29,532 bases of DNA from Candidatus Acetothermia bacterium (GCA_046543235.1 JBKGZT010000010.1:1-29532); one strand, 5' to 3'; positions 8,296-17,734 are shown, counted from the first letter of the stretch. Notes: generated from the letters alone by a model not told the origin. Translations and numbers: made by a program.

Positions 8296-8548
8296 TTTAG
8301 CTATCCTTCGCCTCCTCTTTAATAGAGGCCAGAAAATCAATATCAGAAGAACGTGCCTGCGTAATCCATCCAGCTTCTCGAATCCTCCCCAATCGAACTT
8401 TCGATCTTAGGCATTAATAAAGATACGCTTTTTAGGGATTGAGAAAAGGACTTACGGAGGGTATAAGCTTCCTTGTTATCACGTGAGGCGGTGAACGGTG
8501 TGTAACCGTCGCAAGAAATATGTCTTCGGTTAAGCTCCCATCGGAGTA

Positions 8549-8986
8549 TTAGTCCCCCGGAGGCAGGTTGGATATCTTCCAGTATTCCTGAACCGTCTCT
8601 ATTACCTTACGGAATTCCGCAGGATTTACGGGCTTATGCACGTAACTGCTGGCACCGCTGTCGTATGCCTTGACAACGTCCTCCTCGCGCTCCGAAACCG
8701 TTAAGACTATCACCGGTATCTCTTCCAGCTGTTCGTCGTCCTTGATGGTTTCCAGTACTTCGTGACCGCCTATTTTTGGTAAGTTTAAATCCAGCAGGAT
8801 CAGGTCGGGTTTCGGGACGTCCTCATACCCTTCACGCTGGTAGAGGAAGTCAAGAGCTTCTTCCCCGTCGCGAACGACGAATAACTTCGAATCGACGTCG
8901 CTTTTGTATATGGCCCTCTGTGTCAGATCTATGTCGTAATCCTCGTCCTCGACCAACAATATATCCAACCTCTGGTCGTTGCCCAT
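8549..8986 (-). CDS. Single-domain response regulator (CheY/Rcp1-like)
   Basis: ILLVEDED, PDLILLDLNLPK, IPVIVLT, YVHKP receiver motifs; no output domain. Confidence 0.93.
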   Translation of the reverse strand: MGNDQRLDILLVEDEDYDIDLTQRAIYKSDVDSKLFVVRDGEEALDFLYQREGYEDVPKPDLILLDLNLPKIGGHEVLETIKDDEQLEEIPVIVLTVSEREEDVVKAYDSGASSYVHKPVNPAEFRKVIETVQEYWKISNLPPGD

Positions 8987-9014
8987 AATTCCCTCCTAAT
9001 CTTTGTTTTTAAGT

Positions 9015-10772
9015 CTAACCCCTAATCCTCGAGTAATTAACCCCATCGGTCTTTTCTCCACCTGGAACTTTCTCCCTTACGTGGTTCTCCTGGCCCGGAA
9101 GTGTAAAGTAAAAAGTCGTCCCCTCTCCCGGCTCGGATTCGGCCCAGATCTCTCCGCGGTGTTCCTCGACGATCCTCTTGCAGACGGCAAGCCCAATACC
9201 AGTACCTTCCGGGTTGTCCCGCGGATTGAGCTTTTCAAATACCTTGAATACCTTTTCCAGGTAGCGTTCCTTGATGCCCTGTCCGTTGTCCTTTACCCAG
9301 ACGAGGTAACGATTTGAGCGGCTTTTCCAGCCGACTTCGACTTTCGGTTCTTCCTTATCGTTGTATTTTACCGCGTTCGTGATCAAGTTGCTAAATAGCT
9401 CCGTCAGCAGGGTTTCGTTTCCGTAGACTTCAGGGAGATCATCGGCGACTTCGAACCTAACCTCTTCCAGCAAGTAACGAAGGTCCTTCTCCAGTTCGTC
9501 TAGTAGCTCCTTTAGGTCGATTGCTTCGAATTTTTCTTCTTCCATTTTGATGCTGGAGTAAGTTAACAGACCCTCTATTCTGTTTCTCAACCTTTGAGTC
9601 GTATCGGACAGAGCCTCCAGAGCCCTTATTCCGTCCTGATCGAGTTCGGATTCGTAGTCCTCCATAAGGATATGACTGTAACCTTCCAGAGTCTGCAGGG
9701 GAGCTTTTAAGTCGTGGGAGATGCTTCGAGAAAACTCCTCTAACTTCTCGTTGCTTTTTTGCAACCGTTCGGTCTTTCTTCGCAGGTCTTCTTCCAGCTG
9801 TTTGACTTCGGTTACGTCGATGTAATGCTCTATCCTGCCGCCTTCGTACCTATCGGTCTCGATCGGGATGCTTCTGTACTCCAGAATTCTGTCGGTCCTC
9901 CCGAACTGATCCGTCACGGAGTATATTTCACTGTTGACCCGCTCGCCCCGGGTATTGGCCTTCTTTGCCCTTCTTCTGAACTCCTCCGGCTCGGCAAAGG
10001 AACTGGAGTAGTAGCTCCTTGCTCCTTCAGCCGATAAACCGATTAAGTCCCGTCTATCGAGGGAGAAGAACTCTTCCATGGTCCTGTTTACCCAGACGAC
10101 TTCCCCCTTTTTGTCTATGAGTACCACGGCAGAATCAAGCGTGTCTATCGCGTCCTCGATCAGATAGCGGTACCTCGCTCCGGCCTCCCTCAGTCTCTTC
10201 TTCAACTTTCTTACCTTGCTCCTGTCGACGAACTCCAGAATGCCGGCCTGTTCTGTGACTTTGGAAGCCCTCATCATCGCCGGGATTATCTCCGGGTTAC
10301 TCTTTCCGGGCGGACCGTGCTTAACCAGCCTCGCTTCCACCCTGCTTCTACTTCCGCCGGAACTCCGGGAATTCTCCCCTAGAAGCTTGTCCAGCTGATT
10401 TTTGACTAGGTCGAGGTCGTCCGGATGTACTACTTCCGCCAGATGTAGGTTGTCGATCCCTTCATGACCCACCGCTTCTTTGGAAGTCTTGTTCGCGCGT
10501 AAAATATTACCCTCGCGATTCACCAAGTAGAGTATATTTGAAGAGTTGTTAAAGAGCTTTCTCGCGTATTTGCCGGCGCCAAAGCCTTTTAGTTCCTCTT
10601 TGGAGTTCAGAGATAACTTTTCGGAGATGTGAAATATAGAGGTCGTAACTATCGGAAGGGCCAAAAGTACGCCGATCAGGGTTGGGCTGGATACCCCAAG
10701 CACCAGAACCGCGATCGCGAGCAGCAAGTAGCTTACCCCGAGGACGGCAATATATTTTTTCACATTGATCAC
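9015..10772 (-). CDS. Membrane-anchored PAS-domain sensor histidine kinase
   Basis: N-terminal hydrophobic helices, two PAS-like regions, H-box SHDLKAPL, N-box NLITNAVKY, G1 VKDNGQGI, G2 GTGIGLA, GEGTTFYFTLP; exact start uncertain. Confidence 0.92.
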   Translation of the reverse strand: MINVKKYIAVLGVSYLLLAIAVLVLGVSSPTLIGVLLALPIVTTSIFHISEKLSLNSKEELKGFGAGKYARKLFNNSSNILYLVNREGNILRANKTSKEAVGHEGIDNLHLAEVVHPDDLDLVKNQLDKLLGENSRSSGGSRSRVEARLVKHGPPGKSNPEIIPAMMRASKVTEQAGILEFVDRSKVRKLKKRLREAGARYRYLIEDAIDTLDSAVVLIDKKGEVVWVNRTMEEFFSLDRRDLIGLSAEGARSYYSSSFAEPEEFRRRAKKANTRGERVNSEIYSVTDQFGRTDRILEYRSIPIETDRYEGGRIEHYIDVTEVKQLEEDLRRKTERLQKSNEKLEEFSRSISHDLKAPLQTLEGYSHILMEDYESELDQDGIRALEALSDTTQRLRNRIEGLLTYSSIKMEEEKFEAIDLKELLDELEKDLRYLLEEVRFEVADDLPEVYGNETLLTELFSNLITNAVKYNDKEEPKVEVGWKSRSNRYLVWVKDNGQGIKERYLEKVFKVFEKLNPRDNPEGTGIGLAVCKRIVEEHRGEIWAESEPGEGTTFYFTLPGQENHVREKVPGGEKTDGVNYSRIRG

Positions 10773-10918
10773 GTGAGGAACCGGTAAAGTGAACTTTGGC
10801 CTAAGTCTCCCGCTCGGACAAATACCAGAAATAAGTCGTCATCGAAAACGTCACTCACCAAAATTAACACAAAGCTTATCCGGTGGCAAGGACAGAAGTC
10901 ACCCAACGGAGTGAGTGC

Positions 10919-11593
10919 TTATATAATGAGGTGTTCGTCGAGAGTTATGGGAAAAGTTGCCGCGAGTTCTGATATGCTATCCTCGTCGAGAATATCTATC
11001 TTTCTATCCCTCATTTTGATGAACCCCCGGTCCTCGAGCTCCCCTAACGTCCTGATTGCCGTCTTGGAGGAGACGCCGGCGAGCTCGGCGAGTTCCGAAC
11101 GGGATAATTCTATACCCTCCTGCCCGAGCCTGAGTATAAAGCGGGCGAGCCTCTCCTTGCTGCTGTTGTAAGATCTTTCGGCCAGCTTGCTCTGAAAGGC
11201 CTTAAGTTCCTCGGACATTTTCGCGAAGAAGCGAAAGACGATCTCCGGATGTTTTTCGAGGAAGTAAAAGAAGTTGCCGCGTTCGATGAACCCGACCTTT
11301 ACTTCGGTAAGGGTTTTGGCAAAGGCAATATGAGTACCTTTGTCAAAGAGGGTCGTTTCGCCGATGTATTCACCGGAGCCGGCTAGCTTTAGGATCTGCT
11401 TTTTACCTCTCAGAGTTCGCTTTACCAGCTTCACCAACCCTTCGTCTATCAGGTAAAAGCCGAAAGAGGGAGCACCCTCCTGAAATATGATCTCTTCCGG
11501 GCCGTATTCTATGCTCTTGATCTCTTCCCCGAGCTCCGAAAGGACCCTTTCGTCGAGATCGTTAAATATCCTGATTTTACCGAGATCTACCAT
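10919..11593 (-). CDS. Crp/Fnr family transcriptional regulator
   Basis: IFQEG..FYLIDEGLVKL, GEYIGE, ERLARF, HTH LSRSELAELAGVS; no cysteines. Confidence 0.92.
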   Translation of the reverse strand: MVDLGKIRIFNDLDERVLSELGEEIKSIEYGPEEIIFQEGAPSFGFYLIDEGLVKLVKRTLRGKKQILKLAGSGEYIGETTLFDKGTHIAFAKTLTEVKVGFIERGNFFYFLEKHPEIVFRFFAKMSEELKAFQSKLAERSYNSSKERLARFILRLGQEGIELSRSELAELAGVSSKTAIRTLGELEDRGFIKMRDRKIDILDEDSISELAATFPITLDEHLII

Positions 11594-11619
11594 GTTTATC
11601 CCGTAGCTTCCTTTTGACC

Positions 11620-12069
11620 TTAAATAAGTCCGGAATTGTCGTACTCCTTTAAAGTGGTCAGCACCAGGGACGTATTAGTCGTTTCTATGTGGGGACTCTG
11701 AACGAGGTCTACCAGCTTGTCCGTCATCTCTTCCCTGTTCTTGAATTTCCCGATGGCTATGACGTCGAAGTCACCCGTAGTTTCGTAAATATGGGTAAGG
11801 CATGGGTATTCATCCATCTCGTCGAGCACTTTGGACAGGTCATCGCTTTTGGCTTTTACTTTTATGATGGCGGTCAAAGAGTAGCCGAGCTCGCCCAGAT
11901 TTAGCTTGATCCCAAATTTTTCGATAACCCCTTCTTCCTTCAGCTTCTGTACACGGTTGCTTACGGTAGTAGGGGATACGTCCAGTTCACTGGCTATATG
12001 ACGCAAGGAGGTCCGACTGTCCTCTTCCAAGTATTTAATTATTTTGGTATCGCGTTTATTGAGTTTCAT
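11620..12069 (-). CDS. Lrp/AsnC family transcriptional regulator (probably leaderless)
   Basis: LNKRDTKIIKYLEEDSR..IASELDVSPTTVSNRVQKL..EGVI, YETTGDFD; start moved from 12096 to ATG 12069. Confidence 0.92.
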   Translation of the reverse strand: MKLNKRDTKIIKYLEEDSRTSLRHIASELDVSPTTVSNRVQKLKEEGVIEKFGIKLNLGELGYSLTAIIKVKAKSDDLSKVLDEMDEYPCLTHIYETTGDFDVIAIGKFKNREEMTDKLVDLVQSPHIETTNTSLVLTTLKEYDNSGLI

Positions 12070-12075
12070 AACACT

Positions 12076-12104
12076 AGAATAGCAATATAACCCCACTTTG
12101 TCAA
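12076..12104 (-). promoter_or_regulatory. sigma70 promoter placing the transcription start at or next to the Lrp ATG
   Basis: TTGACA(12104-12099)-17 nt ending TGC-TATTCT(12081-12076)-6 nt-ATG; no SD. Confidence 0.75.
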
Positions 12105-12138
12105 GCTTTTACGCGATTCGGGCGAAAAAAGTTAACCT

Positions 12139-13668
12139 CTATTCCCACTCCATCGTCGCTGGCGGCTTGTTCGATATATCGTAAACTACTCGATTCACCT
12201 GGTCGATGGAATTGCTTATTTCTGTGGACATCCTTTCCAGAACATCGTGGGGCACCTTCGCGAAGTTCGCGGTCATGGCGTCCTCTGATTCCACTATCCT
12301 GACCGCGACCGGGTACTTGTAGCTCCTTAGATCCCCCTGAACTCCGACGCTTTTGATCGGTAGCAGGACTGCGAATCCCATCCAGACCTGGTCGTAAAGG
12401 TCCGCCGAGCGTAGCTCCTTTTCGACTATGTGGCTTGCTTCGCGGACTATTTCGACCCTTTCTGGCGTCACCTCGCCGACGATCCGTATTGCCAGTCCGG
12501 GACCCGGGAATACGTGCCGGTTTACTATTTCGCCAGGAAGGTCCAGCTGTCTGGCAATCTCCCGAACCTCGTCCTTGTAAAGGTTTTTGAGCGGTTCGTA
12601 GATGTCGAGATCGACCTCCTCCGGTAATCCCCCCACGTTATGGTGGGATTTTATGGTGTCGGAATGGGTCGTTGAACCGCTTTCGATGACGTCGGAGTAA
12701 ATGGTCCCCTGCACCAGGACTTCCGCGCCGATGGTCTCGGCCGCCGAAGTGAAGACCTCGATGAAGGAATTACCTATCACATTTCTCTTTTCTTCTGGGT
12801 CCTCAACACCTTTAAGCTCCCTCAGAAACTTCTCGCTCCTGTCAAGGACCTCGAGGTTCAATTTTGAACCAGCGAATGTCCTTTTGATTGATTCCGTCTC
12901 GCCGCGCCTCATAAGGCCTGTGTCGACGTAGATGGCCGTCAGATTCTCGCCGATCGCTCTTTCGACTATCCTTGCCGCTGTCGTGGAGTCCACTCCACCC
13001 GATAGGCCGATTATTGTCTTTCTGTCACCGACGTATTCCCGGGAACGGTTGATTAGCTCTGAAGTTAGACCCTCGGGATTCCAGTCCGTGCTGGCTCCCG
13101 CTATCCGGCGGGCGAAGTTTTCCAGAACGATTCCGCCCCTCTCCGTGTGGGTTACTTCTGGATGGAACTGAACCCCGTAAGCTCCGGCCTCTTCGTCCGC
13201 GAAAGCGGCTATCGGGCTCGAATCCGTGGAAGCAAGTGTCCTAAACCTGGGAGGCATCGAGGTGACTCTATCCTTGTGGTTCATCCAGACTTCCTCCTTC
13301 TCTTCGAGACCGGCGAGGAGCTTTCCGCCATTTCCTTTTAGTTCTAAAGCCGTGGTGCCGTATTCGCCCACGTCACCAGCTTCGACGTCCCCCCCTGTCA
13401 GCTGAGCAATTAGCTGGTGGCCGTAGCAAATTCCCAGTACCGGATGTACGGTTTCGAGGATCCCCGGGTGAGGCTTTGGCGAGTCCTCCGCGTAGACCGA
13501 AGCCGCTCCTCCGGATAAAATGATCCCTTTTAGGTCCTCGATTTCGGAAAGATCTTCGGGAGAAAGGTCGGGCGGGTAAACCTTCGCGAAGATTCCCAGC
13601 TCCCTTATCCTCCTTCCTATCAGGTGTGAGTACTGTCCTCCAAAGTCCAGCACGGCAATAGTATCCAT
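12139..13668 (-). CDS. guaA: GMP synthase (glutamine-hydrolysing)
   Basis: LDFGGQY, GICYGHQ, QFHPEV, SGGVDS, IKSHHNVGG, YDISNKPPATMEWE. Confidence 0.97.
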   Translation of the reverse strand: MDTIAVLDFGGQYSHLIGRRIRELGIFAKVYPPDLSPEDLSEIEDLKGIILSGGAASVYAEDSPKPHPGILETVHPVLGICYGHQLIAQLTGGDVEAGDVGEYGTTALELKGNGGKLLAGLEEKEEVWMNHKDRVTSMPPRFRTLASTDSSPIAAFADEEAGAYGVQFHPEVTHTERGGIVLENFARRIAGASTDWNPEGLTSELINRSREYVGDRKTIIGLSGGVDSTTAARIVERAIGENLTAIYVDTGLMRRGETESIKRTFAGSKLNLEVLDRSEKFLRELKGVEDPEEKRNVIGNSFIEVFTSAAETIGAEVLVQGTIYSDVIESGSTTHSDTIKSHHNVGGLPEEVDLDIYEPLKNLYKDEVREIARQLDLPGEIVNRHVFPGPGLAIRIVGEVTPERVEIVREASHIVEKELRSADLYDQVWMGFAVLLPIKSVGVQGDLRSYKYPVAVRIVESEDAMTANFAKVPHDVLERMSTEISNSIDQVNRVVYDISNKPPATMEWE

Positions 13669-13906
13669 TTTTTGCCCCTATTTTGTCGTAATTTTCCCGT
13701 TATTTACGTCCGGGGAACCTTTTCTGAAACCCCGTCCACCTTAAACCGTGATCCAAGTCCCCTCTGGAAGATGAAAAGTCCTCCAAATACGGTTGAATTT
13801 TAGTTGATTCATGACGGAATTAACAGGAAACTATTTAGGAGTAGCCCGTACTTCCAGAGAGGCTTTGCTTTAGGTATCTTTGTCGATAAACGGAGGAGGT
13901 TGACAG

Positions 13907-14725
13907 ATGGCTATGCTGGAGAGGGTCAGGGAAAATAGAGAAGTGCTGATAATGGGTATCCTGAACGTCACGCCGGATTCGTTTTCCGACGGCGGAGAGT
14001 TTTTAGAGCAGGACAGGGCGGTCGGTAGGGCCCTGGAAATGGAGAAAAACGGTGCAGATATAATAGATATTGGGGGGGAATCCACTCGCCCTGGAGCGGA
14101 AAAAGTGTCACTAGAGGAAGAATTATCCCGGACGGTCCCCGTGATTGAGGAGATAAGGAAAGCAACCGACGTCCCGATATCCATCGACACGTACAAAGGA
14201 GAGGTGGCCGAGAAGGCCCTGGATGCAGGGGCCGATATCGTCAACGACATCAGCGCGCTGCGCTTCGATCCGGACTTGAGGGACGTGGTTGCCGAACGCG
14301 ACGTCCCCGTGGTATTAATGCATATGCAGGGTACCCCTCGGACCATGCAGGAGAACCCGACTTACGAGGATCCCGTCGAGGAGATAATCCGTTTTCTGAA
14401 AGAAAGGATCGAGGATGCCGTAGCAGGAGGGGTGGACCGTGATAAGGTAATTATAGATCCGGGGATAGGCTTCGGGAAACGACTAGAGCACAACTACGAG
14501 ATATTAAGGAGGCTCGAGGAGTTCGAGAGGCTGGATCAACCACTCCTGCTCGGTACCTCCAGGAAGTCGTTCATCGGAGAGACTCTGGACCTTGCGACCG
14601 AAGAACGAGTGGAAGGTACGATCGCCAGCAACGTGATTGGGATACTCAAGGGTGCGAAGGTACTGCGGGTGCACGACGTCAGTGAAATGTATCGAGCGAA
14701 ACAGGTGGCCGTCCGTTGCCTGTGA
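13907..14725 (+). CDS. folP: Dihydropteroate synthase
   Basis: MGILNVTPDSFSDGG, DIGGESTRPG, DPGIGFGK, SRKSF, RVHDV; SD GGAGGAGG. Confidence 0.97.
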   Translation: MAMLERVRENREVLIMGILNVTPDSFSDGGEFLEQDRAVGRALEMEKNGADIIDIGGESTRPGAEKVSLEEELSRTVPVIEEIRKATDVPISIDTYKGEVAEKALDAGADIVNDISALRFDPDLRDVVAERDVPVVLMHMQGTPRTMQENPTYEDPVEEIIRFLKERIEDAVAGGVDRDKVIIDPGIGFGKRLEHNYEILRRLEEFERLDQPLLLGTSRKSFIGETLDLATEERVEGTIASNVIGILKGAKVLRVHDVSEMYRAKQVAVRCL

Positions 14726-14769
14726 CGGTGGCCAGGAGAGTCTCCGTCCCGAGTTCACGCGAGTGTCAA

Positions 14770-14814
14770 AAAACGTCCCCGGAGATCGAAACCAGTGGTC
14801 TCCGGGGACGTTTT
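14770..14814. terminator. Bidirectional terminator between convergent folP and amphi-Trp gene
   Basis: AAAACGTCCCCGGAGA(14770-14785) ... TCTCCGGGGACGTTTT(14799-14814) perfect 16-bp inverted repeat. Confidence 0.88.
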
Positions 14815-14819
14815 CTACG

Positions 14820-15107
14820 TTATGCCGTTCCCTGGCTACTCCGGTTTTCGGCTTCTCGGAATTCCATTTCTACTTCTAGTTCCCTTTTCCCCAGCCTCTT
14901 GTTGTAATCCGTCTCGATTTCCAGGTTGATTGGCTCCTCGAAGGGGAATTTGGCCTTTGTCCCGACCATGGAAACGGTGATCGAGTCTTCCTCTTTCAAC
15001 TGTTTTACCAGTTCCTCCAGAAAGGACACCAAGTCCTCCTTCGATACGTCGGATTCGTACTCCACTTCCGAGTCGAAGTTTTCTTCGGAAGACGGTAGTT
15101 CTACCAT
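14820..15107 (-). CDS. Amphi-Trp domain-like small acidic protein
   Basis: Amphipathic helix SKEDLVSFLEELVKQL, then beta-rich LEIE...ELEVEMEF (Phe in place of the terminal Trp); SD GGAGGTGA. Confidence 0.65.
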   Translation of the reverse strand: MVELPSSEENFDSEVEYESDVSKEDLVSFLEELVKQLKEEDSITVSMVGTKAKFPFEEPINLEIETDYNKRLGKRELEVEMEFREAENRSSQGTA

Positions 15108-15169
15108 GTTAATTCACCTCCGTGGTAATTTGTTCTTTTCTTGAGTTGACTCTTAAAAAGCCCAAGGAT

Positions 15170-15958
15170 TCAGGTTTCGATTACCAGCTCGTCAAGCTTA
15201 TGGACGTCTTCGTCGCGTAGTTCCCAGTCAAACAGGTTCAGATTTTCCTTTAGGTGATCCTCTGAGCTAGCTTTTGGGATGGCAATTACTTTTTCCTGGC
15301 TTACCAGCCATTTGAGACCTAGCTGGGCAGGAGTCTTGCCGTACTCGCTTGCCAGCCTGTTCAGGAGGTCGTTGTCGAGAAGCTTTCCCTGGCCGAGCGG
15401 GCTGTATCCGGTGAGGAGCACGTCTTTTGCCTGACAGTAGTTGAGAAGTTCGGACCTGTCCATTCCCGCGTGGTACTTTACCTGGTCGGTGATTATCGGG
15501 TGTTCCGACAAGCTCCTTGCCTCGTCCAGTTGCTGCACGCTGAAGTTGCTCACCCCGATATGCCTGGTTTTATCCTCCTCGACGAGCTCGTTCATGGCCT
15601 TGATCGTTTCCTCAAGAGGAATTTCCGGGTTCGGCCAGTGGATTAACACGAGGTCGACGTAATCGGTTTTCAGGCGCTTTAAGCTGGCCTCTGTCTCCCT
15701 CTTGAAGTCCTCGTAACCCAGCTTGTCCTTCCATATTTTTGTTGTTACGAACAGGTCTTCTCTATCGAAACTACCAATTGCCTCTCCTACCTGCTCCTCG
15801 TTTTCGTAAAATACCGCCGTATCGACGTGTCGGTACCCGACCTCTATCGCCTTCCTTACCGTCTGCTTGCATTCTTCTCCCTTCATCTTCCAGGTTCCCA
15901 GGCCAAGGGCGGGAACGGAAACACCTGCTGCCGATTTGAGCTCACTTCTCACTTGCAT
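15170..15958 (-). CDS. Aldo/keto reductase
   Basis: GLGTW, GYRHVDTAVFY, FVTTKIW, DLVLIHWP, IGVSNF, YSPLG, IPKASS; start may be GTG 15952 given SD spacing. Confidence 0.95.
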   Translation of the reverse strand: MQVRSELKSAAGVSVPALGLGTWKMKGEECKQTVRKAIEVGYRHVDTAVFYENEEQVGEAIGSFDREDLFVTTKIWKDKLGYEDFKRETEASLKRLKTDYVDLVLIHWPNPEIPLEETIKAMNELVEEDKTRHIGVSNFSVQQLDEARSLSEHPIITDQVKYHAGMDRSELLNYCQAKDVLLTGYSPLGQGKLLDNDLLNRLASEYGKTPAQLGLKWLVSQEKVIAIPKASSEDHLKENLNLFDWELRDEDVHKLDELVIET

Positions 15959-15992
15959 CCACCTCGATTGATGGCTTTTGGACTTTGGTTTG

Positions 15993-17258
15993 TCAATAAT
16001 CCAGCTGTTTTAGGGCTTCTTTGGTGAAGGAATCGACCGGAACTCGGGTCTGATCCCCGGTTTCCATGTCCCTCAGAGTGACTTCCCGGTCCGCTAATTC
16101 CTCAGGGCCCAGTATGGCGGTCAGCTGTGCACCGTACCTGTCGGCGTATCCGAGCTGCCCCTGCAGGCTCTTGTCCAGGTAGTCCATCTCGGCTCGGACT
16201 CCGGAGCGGCGTAAATTGCCGACCAGCTCGGCACCCTTTCGTTTGGTTTCTTCATCGAGACTGGCTAAATACAGGTCCAGACTGCTTTTTTCGGGTTCAA
16301 CTCCCTCTAACTCTCTGAGGAGGAGGACCAACCGTTCGATCCCTCCTGCGAAACCGACCGCCGGGGTCGGGTCCCCGCCGAACAACTCCACGAGACCGTC
16401 GTACCGGCCGCCTCCGATCAGGGCGTCCTGCGCGCCGAGATCGCTGGAATATACCTCGAATACCGTCTTGGTATAATAATCGAGGCCGCGGACCAGTTTC
16501 GGGTCGAGTTCGTAGTCGAGACCGAGTTCGTTCAGGTAGCCTTTAACACGGTCAAAGTGGGATTGACACTCGTCGCATAGGTAATCCGTAATTTCCGGTC
16601 CGTCCTCGACGACGGACTGACAGGTCTCGTTTTTGCAGTCGAGTATCCTGAGTGGATTGGTACCGAGCCTGGCCTGACAGTCTTCGCATAACTCTTCCTC
16701 GTGCGGTTTCAGGTAATCAACCAGTTCTTCTACGTATTCTTCCCTGTCTTCCGGGCAGCCAATGCTGTTTAAACTCAAACCGACGTCCTGCAGCCCAAGG
16801 GACTCTAACAAATCCGCCCCCAGGTCTATCAGTTCGGCGTCCAGGGCGGGATCGTTCGATCCGATAGCTTCGGCCCCGTACTGGTGGAACTGACGGGACC
16901 GACCTTTTTGCGGGGACTCGTAACGGAACATGGGACCGAGGTAATACCACTTTGAAAGTTCTTCCTTGCCGTAGTACTTGTGTTCAAGGTAAGCCCGGAC
17001 GACGGAAGCGGTGTTCTCGGGACGGAGGGTGACCGACCGTCCTCCTTTGTCCTCGAACGTGTACATCTCCTTGGAAACGACGTCCGTGTCTTCCCCCACG
17101 CCGCGGGCAAAGACCTCGGTTTTCTCCATTAAAGGGGTTCTGATCTCGTTGTAGCCGTAAAGCGGCATTGTCTCCCGTACTTCCGATTCCACCGCGTGCC
17201 AGTAGGGCATCTCCTCCGGAGTTATGTCGTTTAGGCCCTTGGGAGCGTAGTACTTCAT
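15993..17258 (-). CDS. hisS: Histidine--tRNA ligase
   Basis: KEMYTF.D, LRPENTA, FRYESPQKGRSRQFHQ, LVRGLDYY, GGGRYDGL, GIERL. Confidence 0.97.
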   Translation of the reverse strand: MKYYAPKGLNDITPEEMPYWHAVESEVRETMPLYGYNEIRTPLMEKTEVFARGVGEDTDVVSKEMYTFEDKGGRSVTLRPENTASVVRAYLEHKYYGKEELSKWYYLGPMFRYESPQKGRSRQFHQYGAEAIGSNDPALDAELIDLGADLLESLGLQDVGLSLNSIGCPEDREEYVEELVDYLKPHEEELCEDCQARLGTNPLRILDCKNETCQSVVEDGPEITDYLCDECQSHFDRVKGYLNELGLDYELDPKLVRGLDYYTKTVFEVYSSDLGAQDALIGGGRYDGLVELFGGDPTPAVGFAGGIERLVLLLRELEGVEPEKSSLDLYLASLDEETKRKGAELVGNLRRSGVRAEMDYLDKSLQGQLGYADRYGAQLTAILGPEELADREVTLRDMETGDQTRVPVDSFTKEALKQLDY

Positions 17259-17734
17259 CGGTTGTCCTCTTCGATCTTTCTTTCCAGGTTGATCATCTCC
17301 ACCAGGGCCTCCGCGGCTTCGTTTCCCTTGTTGCCCTGTTTTGCCCCGGCACGATCGATCGCCTGCTCGAGTGTATCAGCGGTTATAAGACCGAATGTGA
17401 GGGGAGTGTCGCCTTCCAGGTTGAGTTCCGCAAGCCCTTTCGAGGCTTCGTTCGCCACGTAATCGAAGTGCGGGGTTTCGCCCCTGATGACGGCCCCCAG
17501 TGCGATGATCCCGTCGTAATCCCTCGAGTCCCCAAGTTTCATCGCCCCCCTGGGTAGTTCGAAGGCTCCGGGGACGTAAGCAACGTCTATATGGTCCGAG
17601 TCTACACCCAGCCTGGTCAGTTTATCCCGGGCTCCCGATAGAAGCCTTTCGGTTACCATGCTGTTGAACCGGCCGAGTACGATTCCGATCTTTAAGCCGG
17701 ATCCGTCCAGTTTTCCTTCCAGTTTGTTTGTCAC
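17255..17734 (-). CDS. ribH: 6,7-dimethyl-8-ribityllumazine synthase
   Basis: [33 protein letters not shown]. Confidence 0.97.
   Translation of the reverse strand: MTNKLEGKLDGSGLKIGIVLGRFNSMVTERLLSGARDKLTRLGVDSDHIDVAYVPGAFELPRGAMKLGDSRDYDGIIALGAVIRGETPHFDYVANEASKGLAELNLEGDTPLTFGLITADTLEQAIDRAGAKQGNKGNEAAEALVEMINLERKIEEDNR

Noticed and set aside
8205-8414. Tiny ORFs in the por/response-regulator gap (e.g. MGLEGRRD..., LDGLRRHVLLILIFWPLLKRRRR...)
   Set aside because: About 30 codons or fewer, weak start or SD context, no recognisable family; a type I toxin reading is unsupported
10919-11593. Oxygen-sensing FNR
   Set aside because: No cysteines for an Fe-S cluster; no clean TTGAT-N4-ATCAA box seen in intergenic regions
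13669-13906. Purine riboswitch before guaA or THF riboswitch before folP
   Set aside because: Conserved aptamer cores not recognisable on either strand
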